DNA of 64,000 bases from Eledone cirrhosa (taxonomy: Eukaryota), in assembly GCA_964016885.1 (NCBI GenBank), contig OZ024750.1:51832001-51896000 (forward strand), read 5' to 3'. Positions 16,543 through 31,055 of the stretch are shown here, in pieces. The first letter of the stretch is position 1; each line of letters begins with the position of its first letter. Under the pieces are notes generated by a model, which saw only the letters and a list, made by a program, of their open reading frames with translations, had not been told where the DNA came from and did not search any database. Made by a program: the position numbers and the translations under genes.

Positions 16543-16545
<3 letters not shown>
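15383..16545 (-). mobile_element. Non-autonomous Helitron
   Basis: The minus-strand 3' end is a GC hairpin CCCGAGCAACGCCGGG followed by CTTTAGTG-CTAG|T. The 5' end is A|TC at 16545 (or 16539). It is inserted in (TA)n with no TSD and has an internal ~96-bp tandem duplication at 15667-15855. Confidence 0.7.
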
Positions 16546-16631
<86 letters not shown>

Positions 16632-16991
16632 CATATATACATATATATATATACACATACACACACACCTACATACATATACATACATACACACATACAT
16701 ATATAAACATACATACACGCATACATACATATACACACATATATATACATATAGACACATATACACACATACACACGTATGCATATATACATATATATAC
16801 ACGCACATACATACATATATATATATATATACACATACACACATATACATGCATATACATATATATATATATAACGAAGGAAATGTGGTAAGGAACCAGG
16901 TGGACCATAACGCACCAAAGTACTCAATACTTGAGGTAGTAGAATTAGCCGTCGAAACGGCTTGAGCTCAGCTGTCGGGGTCTTACTGGTT

Positions 16992-17077
<86 letters not shown>

Positions 17078-17212
17078 TACACATATATATATATATATAT
17101 ATATACATATACATACATACATATATATAAATACATATACGCACATATACACACATACACATACTTACATACACATATATACACATACACAAACATACAT
17201 ACATACACATAC

Positions 17213-17293
<81 letters not shown>

Positions 17294-17421
17294 CACATAC
17301 ACATATATATATATATACACACACTTACACACACAGACATACACACACACACATGTACATATATATATACACACACATATATACATATACACATATATAC
17401 ACATACAAACATACATACATA

Positions 17422-17469
<48 letters not shown>

Positions 17470-17580
17470 AATATACACATATATATATACACACACATAT
17501 ATACATATACTCATACATATACAGGAAGGGTGGGGGTAGGGTGGGAAGGAGGTAGAGGGGCTAAAAGGAGGAGGTCGTTT

Positions 17581-19420
17581 TTAGCCATCGGGCTTTAACA
17601 CTGGCTTAAGGTATTTGAAAGTCTTGTGCATGCAGTTTGAGATACAAAGGTCGCAGCCCTTGTGTCCTCCGTTGTAAGAGCGCGCTTTCTGGAGTATTTT
17701 CCATTTAAGCGTGAAGGGGGTGCAGTTCCTTTTGAGGTCCCAAACATAGGAGGCGAGTGTTGTCTGGTTTGATTTGTCCGGTCTTTTGAAGGAGTGGGTA
17801 TGGGCATACCAACGGGTCTTAAAATTATTGGAAGTCATACCGATGTAAGTTGTTTTGTTATTGCAATCATCGGTGCCTGAGATGACATCGCATTTGTATA
17901 CTATATCATTTGTGAGGCATTTGTTTTCAAGTGGGCATGCTTCCTTATTTAAGCAATTACACAAAGCCCCAGTCCGGGGATTGGGTTCGGAGGTGGTTGT
18001 TGGCTTATTTAATTTTTTAGAATTGTGGTTGGCTATATTCCTAGCTAGGTTAGGTGTGGTGGAGTAGGAGAATCTTATTGTGTTCTTATTAAAGATGGTG
18101 TAGTACCTATGTTGTATGGGGAAGTGCGTTTTCAGCAAAGTGAAGAAAATCCTAGCTATCGGTGTAGAGACCTCTCTATTGAAGGGAGGGTTGTACCAGC
18201 TAATCTGCTTATGCCTATTCCTCCTCTGCACACTTGCGGTGGTTTCTAGGTAGGTTATCTTTTCTTTAAATCCGCTGCGGGCGAGGGCGTCATTGTAGTA
18301 GGAGGCAGAGGCGTTAAAAATATCTTTGTTGGCAGAGAGGCCAGAGATTCTAATAGAGACCCTTTTTACTAAGTTATCAGTGATGTTTTGGGGGTGGTTA
18401 GAATTAACATTAATATATCTAAGGGACTCGTTAGGTTTGTGGTACGGGTAATAAAGGGAAGTATCTAGGTCGAGAGTGACATCTAAGAAGTTGGCCCTAG
18501 TCATATTAGATTCTATAGTTATACTAAATCCTAGATTAGAGAAGAACGAGCTTAAGTTTCTCCGAAACCCATCGGTGGTTCTGGGGTTAACCTTGTGCAG
18601 GGCGAAGAGGCCGTCGTCTCGGTATAAACCCCCGGTTAGGCCGGTAAAGAGGTTCTTCGGGTGATATAGGATGTACAAGCCCACAAGGTCGCTAATTTCA
18701 GCCGAGTCACTCGCTCCCATGCTAACGTCAAATGGGGTCTGAGACTTCTTGTTGATCCAGTAAGATCCATCGTGGTATAGAAAGGTCTTACGGGCGTGGA
18801 GGATAACAGCTTGTTCAGCATCGGTAATGGTGGTAAAATTTCTGGCAAAGTTAATTGCGTCCTTCAGGAGGGGCTCCGAGATAGAAGCATATTCGTTTTC
18901 TATGTCGAGTTGCAGGAAGCGAGTGTGGTGTTTGTCGGGTAATTCTTGGAACCAGGATATTGCCTCAGATGTTCTGCTCCAGAGTGGAAGTGGTGAGGCA
19001 GCCCGCAATGATGGTAGAACTCTATCCAGGATCTTCTTACTGATAGAGCCGATGTCTGAACGAGTGGGGTTGATAAGTCTGACTGATGGTTTGTTGAGGA
19101 AGTTTCCCTTATGGTCCTTCAGGATAAAGTGCGGGGTCTCTACCTTTAAAGGTTCGGTTCGGTCATGTAATTTAAGGGACTTGGCGGTTTCTTTTCCGGC
19201 CGCGTTTGTCTCAGTCAATGCCATCTCTATTACCTTTTTGTAGGTGGTCGTGATGGCATTTTTTGCCAGCTTATTGTAGGTCTGTGGGTCTACCTCATAA
19301 ACGTTTTTGGTTTTATCGGAGGAGACATGAAGATTAGGGGATTTTTTTATATTCCGCAATTTGGTATTTAAGTAGGCCTGGAATGGTGTGGTGGCTCTAC
19401 GGAATTTTATATCTTTATAT
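17581..19420 (-). mobile_element. Penelope-like retroelement, RT plus C-terminal GIY-YIG endonuclease (5' truncated; 592-aa ORF 19359-17581)
   Basis: SDKT, LKDHK, VRLINP, QLDI, MGASDSAEISDLVG, LYRDD, NFLDVTL, SNHP, WYNPPF, CNC..CPL..C, IVYKC...YIGMT..FKTRW.AH, CDLC. Confidence 0.93.
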
Positions 19421-19583
19421 AAATTTTATATCTTTGTTACTCTAAATATAAACTATAGCTTTGAAGAATTAGCTTTTAATGAATTCCCTTTTCTATCAAC
19501 CAATGACCTTCACCCATCCCACTCCCCACCCTCTCCCACCACCTGAAGAGACCTATAAATACCATATTTATTTTTTGATACCC

Positions 19584-19634
19584 AGATTCCTGATGATTTC
19601 TAAAGAATGAAACAGTTCTAGTCCTGTAGAATCT
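19584..19634 (+). ncRNA. Type I hammerhead ribozyme in an inverted pLTR-like repeat (19432-19650)
   Basis: AGATTC CTGATGA tttctaaagaat GAAA CAG ttctagtc CTG TA GAATCT; 19432-19650 is the reverse complement of 13866-14084. Confidence 0.8.
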
Positions 19635-19649
19635 CATCTATATTAAAAC

Positions 19650-19763
<114 letters not shown>

Positions 19764-19834
19764 CAACTCGTAAAGGACCAGATTCGCTAAGGTGACCGAC
19801 CCTCTACTGATACTGCCAATCCACAGCCCTTATA

Positions 19835-19897
<63 letters not shown>

Positions 19898-19899
<2 letters not shown>

Positions 19900-20077
19900 T
19901 CTGCAAAATCCTACTTCAGTGCTTTAAAAGTGGCGCAGCGGTGATCCTGTCTGTCTGATAGCTACGGTAGCGGGACTCAATGTCCTGGTAGGTTTTACCA
20001 TGCTACACAGGTATCAGACTATTGGTCCTAGAGGTGATTCATCATCTTCTAGAGTTTAAAAGCTAGCTAAGCTGAAG
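19898..20077 (+). ncRNA. Degenerate HDV-like ribozyme at the RTE 5' end
   Basis: P1 ACTCTGC / GCAGCGG (imperfect), P2 CTTCAGT (19914-19920) / GCTGAAG (20071-20077), P3 GCT/GGC, J4/2 GCTAA. L3 is non-canonical. Confidence 0.45.
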
Positions 20078-22950
20078 AGGTACCGGCCTGCCCGCCCAGC
20101 CAGTGGGATGGCGTTATCTTATGGCTAAAACAGCGCGAAGAAAAGGGCCTCAGTACCCTGCGCGTCATGGAACAGGACTAACCTTGCCATATGCACCTAC
20201 AACTGCAGGTCTTTGGCAGGGGGCAAGGACTGAATGGAGGAGAAGAAGATCAGGTGCGACGTGTTAGGGATGTGCGAGACCCGCCAGAAAAAGGAGGCGA
20301 GTTAGCGATGGCAAGATAGATGCGCCGTGAGACTCGGGAAAGCAGAGGGTGCCAGATCGGTCAGAGGTATAGGGTTCATCGTAAGCAAGGAATGGCTTCG
20401 AAGGTCGCTTCTTGCCAATTCATATCGTCACGGATTGGTGTACTGAACGTGAACCTCTCAGGGAAAGCTACCCTCAAGATCATCCAGACCTACGCTCCCA
20501 CAAGTGTCAGCGACGATGATGAAGTGGAAGAATTCTATCGCCAGCTAGACAAAGTGCTAGCTGTGAGGTCCACTTACACCGTCGTGATGGGAGACTTTAC
20601 CGTAAAGGTCGGACAGGGACGGCAAGGGGAAGAGTATGTCGGAAGATTCGGCCTAGCAGAGCGAAATGAGAGAGGAGAGCGTCTGGTCACCATGGTGGAG
20701 GCGAGACGGCTCTACATCGGAAACAGCCTATTCAGGAAGAAGGGGGAGAAGAGATGGAGCTGGGTATCGCCAAATTCTGAGCACCGAAACGAGATCGACT
20801 ACATCTTGGTCGACAAGCAACGCATACTGCAGGACGTCTCCGTCATAACGCCATTCAACACTGGCAGTGATCATCATCTGGTGAGAGCGAAGGTCGTCAT
20901 CGACCGGTCAAGGGCTGCATTTGGCGTCGAAGGGAGAACTCGTCCGGGTCTTCAACGAGGCGCATCTGCAGGAAGCCATCATGCAGGAAAACTGGCGTCA
21001 AAGAGACGGCATAGACGCTGACTACGACTCACTGATAAGGAAACTGAAGGAGTGCTTGAGGAAGGTTAAGGGTGTGTGCCCGAGGGAGCGGAAGGGAAGA
21101 GTCTCGGAGGAAACTATGAAGTTGCTTGAGAAGAGGAAGAATAGGAAGAGGACACGTAAAGATCACCTCGAATATTCCCTTCTCAGCAGAGTGATACGTC
21201 AACAACTGAAGAGAGACTTCGAGGCATACCGGATGGAGAAGCTCCTGAAGGCCGCAGGGGAAAAGAAGAGCCTCAAGAAATGAGAGAAGGACATGGCAAT
21301 GTACAGATCGGAGGTGACGACCCTGAAGACAGCTGGAGTACCGGTCAGCGACAAGAGTGAGGTTAAAAAGATTTGCGAAGACTTCTACACCAAGCTCTTC
21401 AAGTCTGCCGGGAATGTGCAGCCGTTGCCGTCACTCCAACAGGAAGAAAATGTGCCACCCATCCTTGTCAGTGAGGTCGAAAGAGACGTCGGCTTGATGA
21501 AAAGCGGAAAGGCGCCAGGGAAAGACGGCATAACATCGGAGGTGTTGAATTCAGGCGGAAAGCAGCTCTGGAAAATCCTCGCCGAGCAATTCACACACTA
21601 TCTGGACGAGGGAAGAATACCCTCGCAGTGGAAAGAGTCGAACCATCCTGCTATACAAGAAGGGCGATAGAGAAGATCTGAAGAACTACCGACCCATATG
21701 CCTGCTGTCTCACGTGTACAAGCTGTTCACGAAGATAATCCTGAACAAGTTATCACGTCATCTGGACGAACAGCAAACCGAGAGAGCAAGCCGGCTTCCG
21801 GAAGAACTACAGCACGATGGACCATATATTTACTCTGACACAACTGCTTGAGCGAGCAAAAGAGTACAAGATGCCTCTTTGCGTCCCGTTCGTAGACTAC
21901 GAGAAGGCCTTCGACAGCGTCGAAATCAATGCAGTGCTGAACTCGAGGCAAGGAGTCGACGCGCAATACGTTCAACTGCTCAAGGGCGCGAATTCCGGAT
22001 GCACCACCACCGACACAGCTCTGATGTCATCACCCGTACGAGTGCCGGTCGAGAAGGGAGTGAAGCAAGGAGATACGATCTCACCAAAACTTTTCACCGC
22101 GTGTCTCGAGCAGATCATCAGAGGCATTGACTGGCAAGGCGGTGTCAACATCAACGGCGAGATACTTACCCACCTCCGTTTCGCTGATGACATCGTACTC
22201 ATCGCTGAAACCACGGATCAGCTTCAGACTATGTTGACAGAGCTCGACATCAAAAGCTCTGCAGTAGGCCTCAAGATGAACAGTATGAAAACGAAATGTA
22301 TGCGGTCCGACAACGTACCAACAGGTCGAATGCTGGTTGGCGGTGATGAAATAGAGGAGGTGCAGGAATACGTCTAGGAATACGCCTAGGCCAAGAAGTG
22401 AACATGCGCCGAGACATTGAGAGGGAGATCTCGCGGAGAGTAATGGCCGGATGGAAGGCGTTCAACGGCATAAGGGATGTGCTCAAGGGGAGGTTGGACA
22501 AGACCAACCTCTTCAATAGCACAGTTTTACCTGAAATGTTATATGGCAGTGAAACTTGGGCTACAACGAGGAGAGAAGAGCAGAGGCTGGTAACGGCTCA
22601 AAGAGCCATGGAGAGATCAATGCTAGGAATCTCTTTGGGAGAGTACATCAGGAGCGAAGTCATCATACAGAAGTCCGACGTGAGGGACGTCATCACAGAA
22701 TATATGCGCAAGTTCAGATGGGCTGGACACGTCGCCCGGTCCACCGATAATCAGTGGACCCGCGCAGTTACCGAGAGGTACCCGCGCGAGCGAAAGCGAC
22801 CACTAAGAAGGCCTCCACGAAGGTGGAGTTAGGATTTTAGGAATTTGATTGGGACTACATGGATGAGGAAAGCACGATCCAGAGAGGAATGGACGGCGTG
22901 CTGTGACCAGCGGCGCTGAATAGACGCCCGAAAAAGGTGATCAAGGTGAT
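19898..22950 (+). mobile_element. Near full-length RTE-clade LINE (APE plus RT, frameshifted)
   Basis: ICTYNCRSL, IIQTYAPTS, VVMGDF, EIDYILV, SDH, KAPGKDGI, NYRPICLLS, QAGFR, FVDYEKAFDSV, GVKQGDTISPKLF, LRFADDIVL, RWAGHVAR. Short AAGGTGAT-repeat tail; inserted in (TA)n. Confidence 0.93.
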
Positions 22951-22966
22951 ATATATATATATATAA

Positions 22967-23160
22967 GGGCGGTGGATTGGCAGTATCAGTAGAGGGTCGG
23001 ACGCCATACTTTGCAGCAAAGAGTTACGGCTCTTCATGGTCTGAGTTCAAATCCCGCCGAGGTTAACTTTGCCTTTCATCTTTACGGGGTCGATAAAATA
23101 AAGTACCAGTAATACACTGAGATAATTGCTGGCCTTGTGCCAAAAGTAGAAACAATTATT
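22967..23160 (+). mobile_element. tRNA-derived SINE, copy 3
   Basis: GGGCGGTGGATTGGCAGTATC...GAGTTCAAATCCC...AGTAGAAACAATTA. Confidence 0.85.
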
Positions 23161-23511
23161 ATATATATATAATTCAAATTAAATGATATATGTATATATA
23201 GAGTCATATATCGTTTGAAGAACACATAGTTCTTTTATATGAGTCGGGATTGGCGGCAGAGAAAACTAGGACTGAACGTCGTATCCGCTAGAAAATACCT
23301 ATCCTTGGTATCCGCCAAGTACTAGTCACAGTATAAGCAGCTCAATAAATTAAGAATTTGGACCAGTTATATACTAATTTAAGGTATCATAACATATATA
23401 TGTATAATGCTTATGTTTCTCATTTTTCAATACTGTCACTTTGACGAATCAAAGAAAGGAAAAAAAAGAAAAACAGACCCTAAAATATATTTTCCGTGCT
23501 ATTTCCAACTT

Positions 23512-23660
<149 letters not shown>

Positions 23661-23740
23661 TAAAAAGGAAAAGAAAATGCTGACAGATTTTTTCCAGTGA
23701 AAAATAGTTTAATTAGGAATAAGTATAAATTAGTAATAAG

Positions 23741-23928
23741 TAATTGTTTCTACTTTAGGCACAAGGCCAGCAAATACCCAGTGGATTACTGGTACTTTAT
23801 TTTATCGACCCCGTAAGGATGAAAGGCAAAGTCAACCTCGGCGGGATTTGAACTCAGATTGTAAAGGGACGTAACTATGCTGAAAGCATGGCGTCCGACC
23901 CACTACCGATACTGTCAATCCACCGCCC
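23741..23928 (-). mobile_element. tRNA-derived SINE, copy 4
   Basis: Same family. Confidence 0.85.
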
Positions 23929-24072
23929 TATTTTAGTAATAAGTAATGGTTAGTATTCAGTGTTAGTTTTAAGTTTTTTACCGGTTGCGCATTTCAAATG
24001 CTTTTCAAAAATAAGTTTGAGATAGATACTAATATATCACAACTCGTGTATCACACCTCTATTTTTTAAATC

Positions 24073-24138
<66 letters not shown>

Positions 24139-24150
24139 TGTGTGTGTGTA

Positions 24151-24276
<126 letters not shown>

Positions 24277-24349
24277 CGTGTGGTTGGTTCTTGGTTGAGT
24301 TCCGCAATGCGGTACATTGAGTAACTATATTCTACTCAGACCTTGGATT

Positions 24350-24790
24350 CATCATCATCATCTCCCGGCAGCCTCAGCCGAAGTCGACTCAACAATTGAC
24401 CATCACCTGGTTCTGTCGTTCATTGCCGGTGCCAAGTTCTGGATTACAATACCAGAATCTCTGGAGATGACATCGGGATAGGAGATCTTGCGCCCCCCTG
24501 TTATTAGTGACTGCGTGTGGTTTCCAACGCACAAATGGGGACACGGCCTCAGAGGTGTCACGGTGGCAGTGGCCAGCAAATCTTACTCTCCTTTTACGTA
24601 CAGCGACAGATATGCGTGGGAGGCCGGCATATATCCTTCTCAAGGCAGCTGTTGCCAGCTTATGTTCTGAATGCGTCGAAGCAGGCGAGTGTAAGTGCCT
24701 CAAGGTAGTAGTACAGGGGATGGTTCGCCCAGTAGACCCTTGAAGTAGTCAGTCCAGCTCTTTTCCTTTGGATTAATCAATGCCTTATGA
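24350..24790 (-). mobile_element. RTE/RTE-X-type LINE 3' fragment
   Basis: IYAGLPRISVAVRKRRVRFAGHCHR..EAVSPFVRWKP; (ATG)n tail at 24350-24361. Confidence 0.7.
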
Positions 24791-25631
24791 GTAGAATTTG
24801 GTAATTAAACAAGGAACCCAAAACCACGTGATAGTGAAGTGTACTTTTAACCAAAACAGCCACTCTTGTACATATTCATGAGTACAGTTTATTTGTTCTT
24901 GTTTGTTTCTTTTTTTAATTAAAAATGTATGTTTCTTGTTTCAGAAAACAGCAATTATCTTGATTCTCATGATTTATAATTCATCAGTGCAGTGAAGAGA
25001 TTCACCTGAAATACATTACATAAACATAACTAAGATCATCAATTACCTAGAACATGAACAAATCTAATGCAAACCAATGTTGTCCGTCAATACAAGCAAC
25101 CCCACTCACTATACACTTACTGCACCAGTCATAAATTAAATTCAAGCACATTCTTCAAAGCCATACCACAATCTGCTACAATTGTATGCGAACCATGGGC
25201 GGACGTCATCAGGCTTCGGCCGCCGTGTTACGTATTTTTTTATATTACTTCACAGCAACGAATTTTTACGTGATTGGAATTATTTTGGTTGTTATTATCC
25301 TCATTACTGTGAAATAAATAGGTTAAATACGATTTTACAATTCTGAATTTTAATTATTACAGCTATGAAATAGTTCACTAAGAATTAAATACCTCCCACT
25401 CACGTGAAGTTGATAGACCAGTCACAAAAACGAAATATAACGTTCCCGCGTTTATAAAATCTATTTTTATTCTTTTACTGGTTTAAGTCTGTAGACTGCG
25501 GCCATGCTAGGGCACCACCTTCATCTAGTAGATCATAACGACCAAAGTACTAACTTTTGAAAGTCTTTTTTGTTGAACTACTAAGTTACGGGACACAATC
25601 ACTGACACAGACACACGCTCATATACACGTT

Positions 25632-26142
<511 letters not shown>

Positions 26143-26283
26143 TAATTAACTCCGTTCTCGCACCACCAACTACACAAACGAAGACGGGTGAGTTGCATTA
26201 CGTTGAGTGTTCTCCGTAATATTACATCGAGGTTGACCATACGGAATGACCAGTTCTATCCAGTGGTGAACCAACAAACCTAA

Positions 26284-26332
<49 letters not shown>

Positions 26333-26361
26333 ATCAAAAGATGGTTAAAAGAGTTCCATGT

Positions 26362-26430
26362 ATTTTACTATGCGCATTTCAAAAACAAATATCATCATGT
26401 AATAACGTTTGTGTTTTCATCAGATAAAAT
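26362..26430 (-). ncRNA. Minimal type I hammerhead ribozyme
   Basis: Reverse complement reads ATTTTAT CTGATGA AAAcACAAA..TTTGTTTTT GAAA TGCGCA TA GTAAAAT: 7-bp stem I, palindromic stem III ATGCGCAT. Confidence 0.8.
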
Positions 26431-26580
26431 AGGATGATATGATATGAAGGTTAAAAAACATTTGTGGATAGTGCAGTTTTAAATCAACATATATATTATA
26501 TATACTCCAGTCCTACAAACTGTAGAGTGCTTCTTATCCGATATCTGCATTGCTTTATTGTACTACAATAAAACTTACCT

Positions 26581-26637
<57 letters not shown>

Positions 26638-26982
26638 CGTTTTTGAATTTGTTTTGTGAGATTTCTTATCTCGAAAACCTATATTGAAACAGATATTGTT
26701 ATAGTTTGGGAGGGTCATGTTGCCAATAAAAACACATGCACTTCCATATTTTCATTTCAATTTATTATAAGTTTCCGGCTGGCTGGTTGGTTCGATAATC
26801 TGAAGGTTGTTTATATATTATCAAAGGTCTTTCGTTACAGATCGAATCTCGCTGTGGAAACGGCCGGAGTTCAGCTTTTTGGGTCCTGAATCTTTTGATA
26901 TTACCCACCCTACTACTCCAAGTATCGAGTACCTTTCGTGGGTTATGGACCAATGGACCAACTGTTTTTTTAACACACCCTT

Positions 26983-27064
<82 letters not shown>

Positions 27065-27066
27065 TT

Positions 27067-27155
<89 letters not shown>

Positions 27156-27537
27156 GAAAAACATGGGGAGAAGAATACTGCATGGTTACACATGGATTAC
27201 ATATTATAAAATTAGTCCCTCATCAGTGATTTGCCAACGATCATTGGTATTTCATCGCATTAAAAATCATATACCTCAGGTTGGTGCGAAGCTATTGGGA
27301 CAAGTGAGTTGCGTAAAGCGAGTGAGACAAGTAAACAACACAGGGGAAAGCTAACCGAAGATGGATATATATATATATGGGGGGGGGGGGGGTTATTCCC
27401 GATGGGTGTCGGAGTTAAAAAAGATACTCAATACGTTGGTAGAGTATAGGCATCTTTATTGAATGAAGCAGTTCTAATCCGGTGAAGATATATATATATA
27501 TGTATTGTTTGTTTGTGTGTATGTTTGTGTGTGTGTG

Positions 27538-27634
<97 letters not shown>

Positions 27635-27869
27635 ACCAAGGTTATAGTGAAGGACACTTACATCGAATCACGTGTTCCAAGATGAATTCATTAACCACCC
27701 AGCCATGCCAGCGCCTCTATCATCACTCTCGTAACCAATCTAAACTTCAATAGTTCAATCCGAAATACGTTACGTATTTGTCATTGGAATTTTATGATCT
27801 TTTAAATTATCTTTATTACAGCGAATTGGCAATGTTGTGTGTGTCGGGTAGGGCACTTGGCTGTATTCC

Positions 27870-29717
27870 CACACCACACCACACATCACACACCATACAC
27901 TACACCACACACCACACCACACACCACACCACACACCACACCACACACCACACACCATACACTACACCACACACCACACATCACACACCACACCACACAT
28001 CACACGACACCACACCACACACGACACCACACACCACACCAAACACCGCACCACACACCACACACCACACCACACCACACACCACACACCACACACCACA
28101 CCACACACCACACAACACACACCACACCACACACCACACAACACACACCACACCACACCACACATCACACCACACACCACACACATCACACACCACACAC
28201 CACACCACACACCACACACCACACCACACCACACTACACACCACACACCACACAACACCACACACCACACCACACCACACTACACACCACACACAACACA
28301 CCACACACCACACCACACAACACACCACACTCCACACCACACACCACACCACACACCACACCACACCACACACCACACACCACACCACACCACACCACAC
28401 ACCACACCACACACCACACCACACCACTCACCACACACCACACCACACACCACACCACACCTCACACCACATACCACACACCACACCACACACCACACAC
28501 CACACAACACACCACACACCACACCACACCACACACCACACACCACACACCACACCACACCACACACCACACCCCACACCACACCACACACCACATACCA
28601 CACACCACACCACACACCACACTCCACACACCACACCACATACACCACACACCACACCACACACCACACACCACACACCAAACCACACCACACACCACAC
28701 ACCACACACCACACCAGACACACACACCACACACATATACCACACCACACACCACACCAACCATACACCACACACCACACCACACACCACACCATACACC
28801 ACACACCACACACCACACCACACCACACACCTAACACCACACACCAAACCACACCACACACCACACACCACACACCACACCAGACACACACACCACACAC
28901 ATATACCACACCACACACCACACCACACCATACACCACACAACACACACCACACATCACACCACCCCACACCACACACCACACCATGCACCACACCACAC
29001 ACCACACCACACACCACCACCATACTACATACCACACCACACACCGCACCACACCGCACCACACCACACACCACACCACACCCACACACCACACCACACA
29101 CCACACCACACACCACACCGCACCACACCACACACCACACATGGTGGTGGTGGTGGTGTTGTTGTTGTTGATGTTGGTGGTGGTGGTAGTGTTGTTGGCG
29201 GCGATGGGGGTACTGGAGTAGGGGTGGGGTAGTGGTGTTGTTGGTGTGGGCGGGTGACTGGGGGAGGGAGTAGTGTTGTTGGTGGTAGTGGTGGTTCTAG
29301 TGGTGGTGGTGCTGGTGGTGTTGCTGGTGGTGGTGGTGGTGATGTTGGTGGTGGTGGTTGTGGTGGTGTTGGTGTTGGTGGTGGTCGGTGTGGGGCTGGT
29401 AGTGGTGGTGGTGCTGGTGGTGGTGGTTGTGGTGTTGTTGGTGGGGGTGGGGGTGGCAGTGGTGGTTGTGCTGGTGGTGGTGGTTGTGATGTTGTTGGTG
29501 GTGCTGGTGGTGGTGGTTGTGGTGCTGTTGGTGGGGTGGTGGTGGTAGTGGTGGATTGTGCTGGTGGTGTTGCTGGTGGTGGTGGTTGTGATGTTGTTGT
29601 TGGTGGTGATGGTGCTGGAGGTGGTGGTGGGGTTGTTGTTGTTGGTGGTGGGGTGATGGTGGTTGTGGTGGTGGTGTTAGTGGGGTAGTGGTGGTTATTT
29701 AGTGGTGGTGGTGGTGT
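27870..29717. repeat. (CACAC)n array followed by a (GGT/GTT)n array
   Basis: Simple-sequence tract that switches motif at ~29141. Confidence 0.95.
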
Positions 29718-29845
29718 TGCAGACATTTGACATCAAACCTATCAAGTGCAAGTCGGAGATCACCTTCTGTTGAGTTAAGTAACACCATGTCCTCTGCAAA
29801 AACCAGCCGACTGATTATACACCCGCCAATCATGATATCACTTCT
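29718..29845 (-). mobile_element. LINE RT fragment
   Basis: IISRLVFAEDMVLLNSTEGDLRLALDRFD is a degenerate FADD catalytic segment. Confidence 0.6.
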
Positions 29846-30113
29846 ATAATATATATGTTCTGTCGTTAATCGGTAATCGTTTTCCAATTGTGTTTATCAA
29901 CTAACACTTGTGTGCGCAGGTGTATGTAGTAGGGCGTTTTTGTATAAAAATGATGAATAAGGGACATATCGCAGTTTACCCATAACAACTATCTGACGAG
30001 GACGTATCAATTACGTAATTGATACCATTGAAATGTGTTTAACAGCAATAGCATAATTAAGAAATTGATATAAGATATCCAGTATACATTCCTTATTGAT
30101 ATTGATATATATA

Positions 30114-30203
<90 letters not shown>

Positions 30204-30330
30204 AGGGGTGTATATGAAAGCATATACGATATATTTATGTATAATAAATATACGACCTTGTTGCTCTGAATTATGAACCACGGTATGTTAGTGATACAGC
30301 TAATATATACACTCACACACACGTATATAA

Positions 30331-30402
<72 letters not shown>

Positions 30403-30999
30403 CGGCTGACTGAGTACACACGGGCTTTTTCTCGAAACATTTTCTTCTATTCCTTCCTCTTCTAACTCTCTGTCTTTCTAGTTTTATTTCTCATTCTATC
30501 TTCTGATGAAGAAATAGTGTCAGAAACGTAACGATATTTTCCCTACAATATCAAGTGTTAAACTAATATATTTCTTCATTGTACTGTGTTATTCGTTTCG
30601 TTGTTTCAGTTTACTTTTTGCATACGCACACACATGTATATATGGTTTCGCACGATTTAATATATCATATATCAAAGTTTAATGGGCTTCCACTGACGAT
30701 TTATAAGTACCCACCTAATTGTATTCTTACATGAAAATATATTAGGCTTCTACATAAACTGGAAATATTCTCCCAACTTGTAGAATACTTATAATGAAAC
30801 AATTGTTTGGAAAGAGAGATATATTTTAATTTTAATTATATCTCATATAAAATAATACAACTGGCTTTCCACAAAATACATATAGTTGGCACCCCAGACA
30901 CTAAATTGGGTTTATACTAACGTATAACCTAATGTTTGTTGAGTGAGATGGTTACCAGTCGGAGATTAGCGTAAAGCTTTCTCTGTTATTGTATTAATA

Positions 31000-31055
<56 letters not shown>

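Noticed and set aside
17581-19359. Naiad/Chlamys-type PLE with N-terminal endonuclease or selenocysteine recoding
   Set aside because: The GIY-YIG domain is C-terminal here and in the other PLEs, and no in-frame TGA at conserved Cys positions was noticed.
22967-23060. tRNA gene
   Set aside because: A/B-box-like motifs belong to a SINE head repeated seven times with a common tail; no complete cloverleaf.
27778-29726. His/Thr-rich, Pro-rich or Gly-rich structural protein ORFs
   Set aside because: These are translations of (CACAC)n and (GGT)n simple repeats, open in many frames on both strands.
29990-30700. Additional CTGANGA..GAAA words (29993, 30503, 30692; also 53654, 59655-59690, 8935)
   Set aside because: I could not build stems I-III convincingly; probably decayed HHRs or chance matches.
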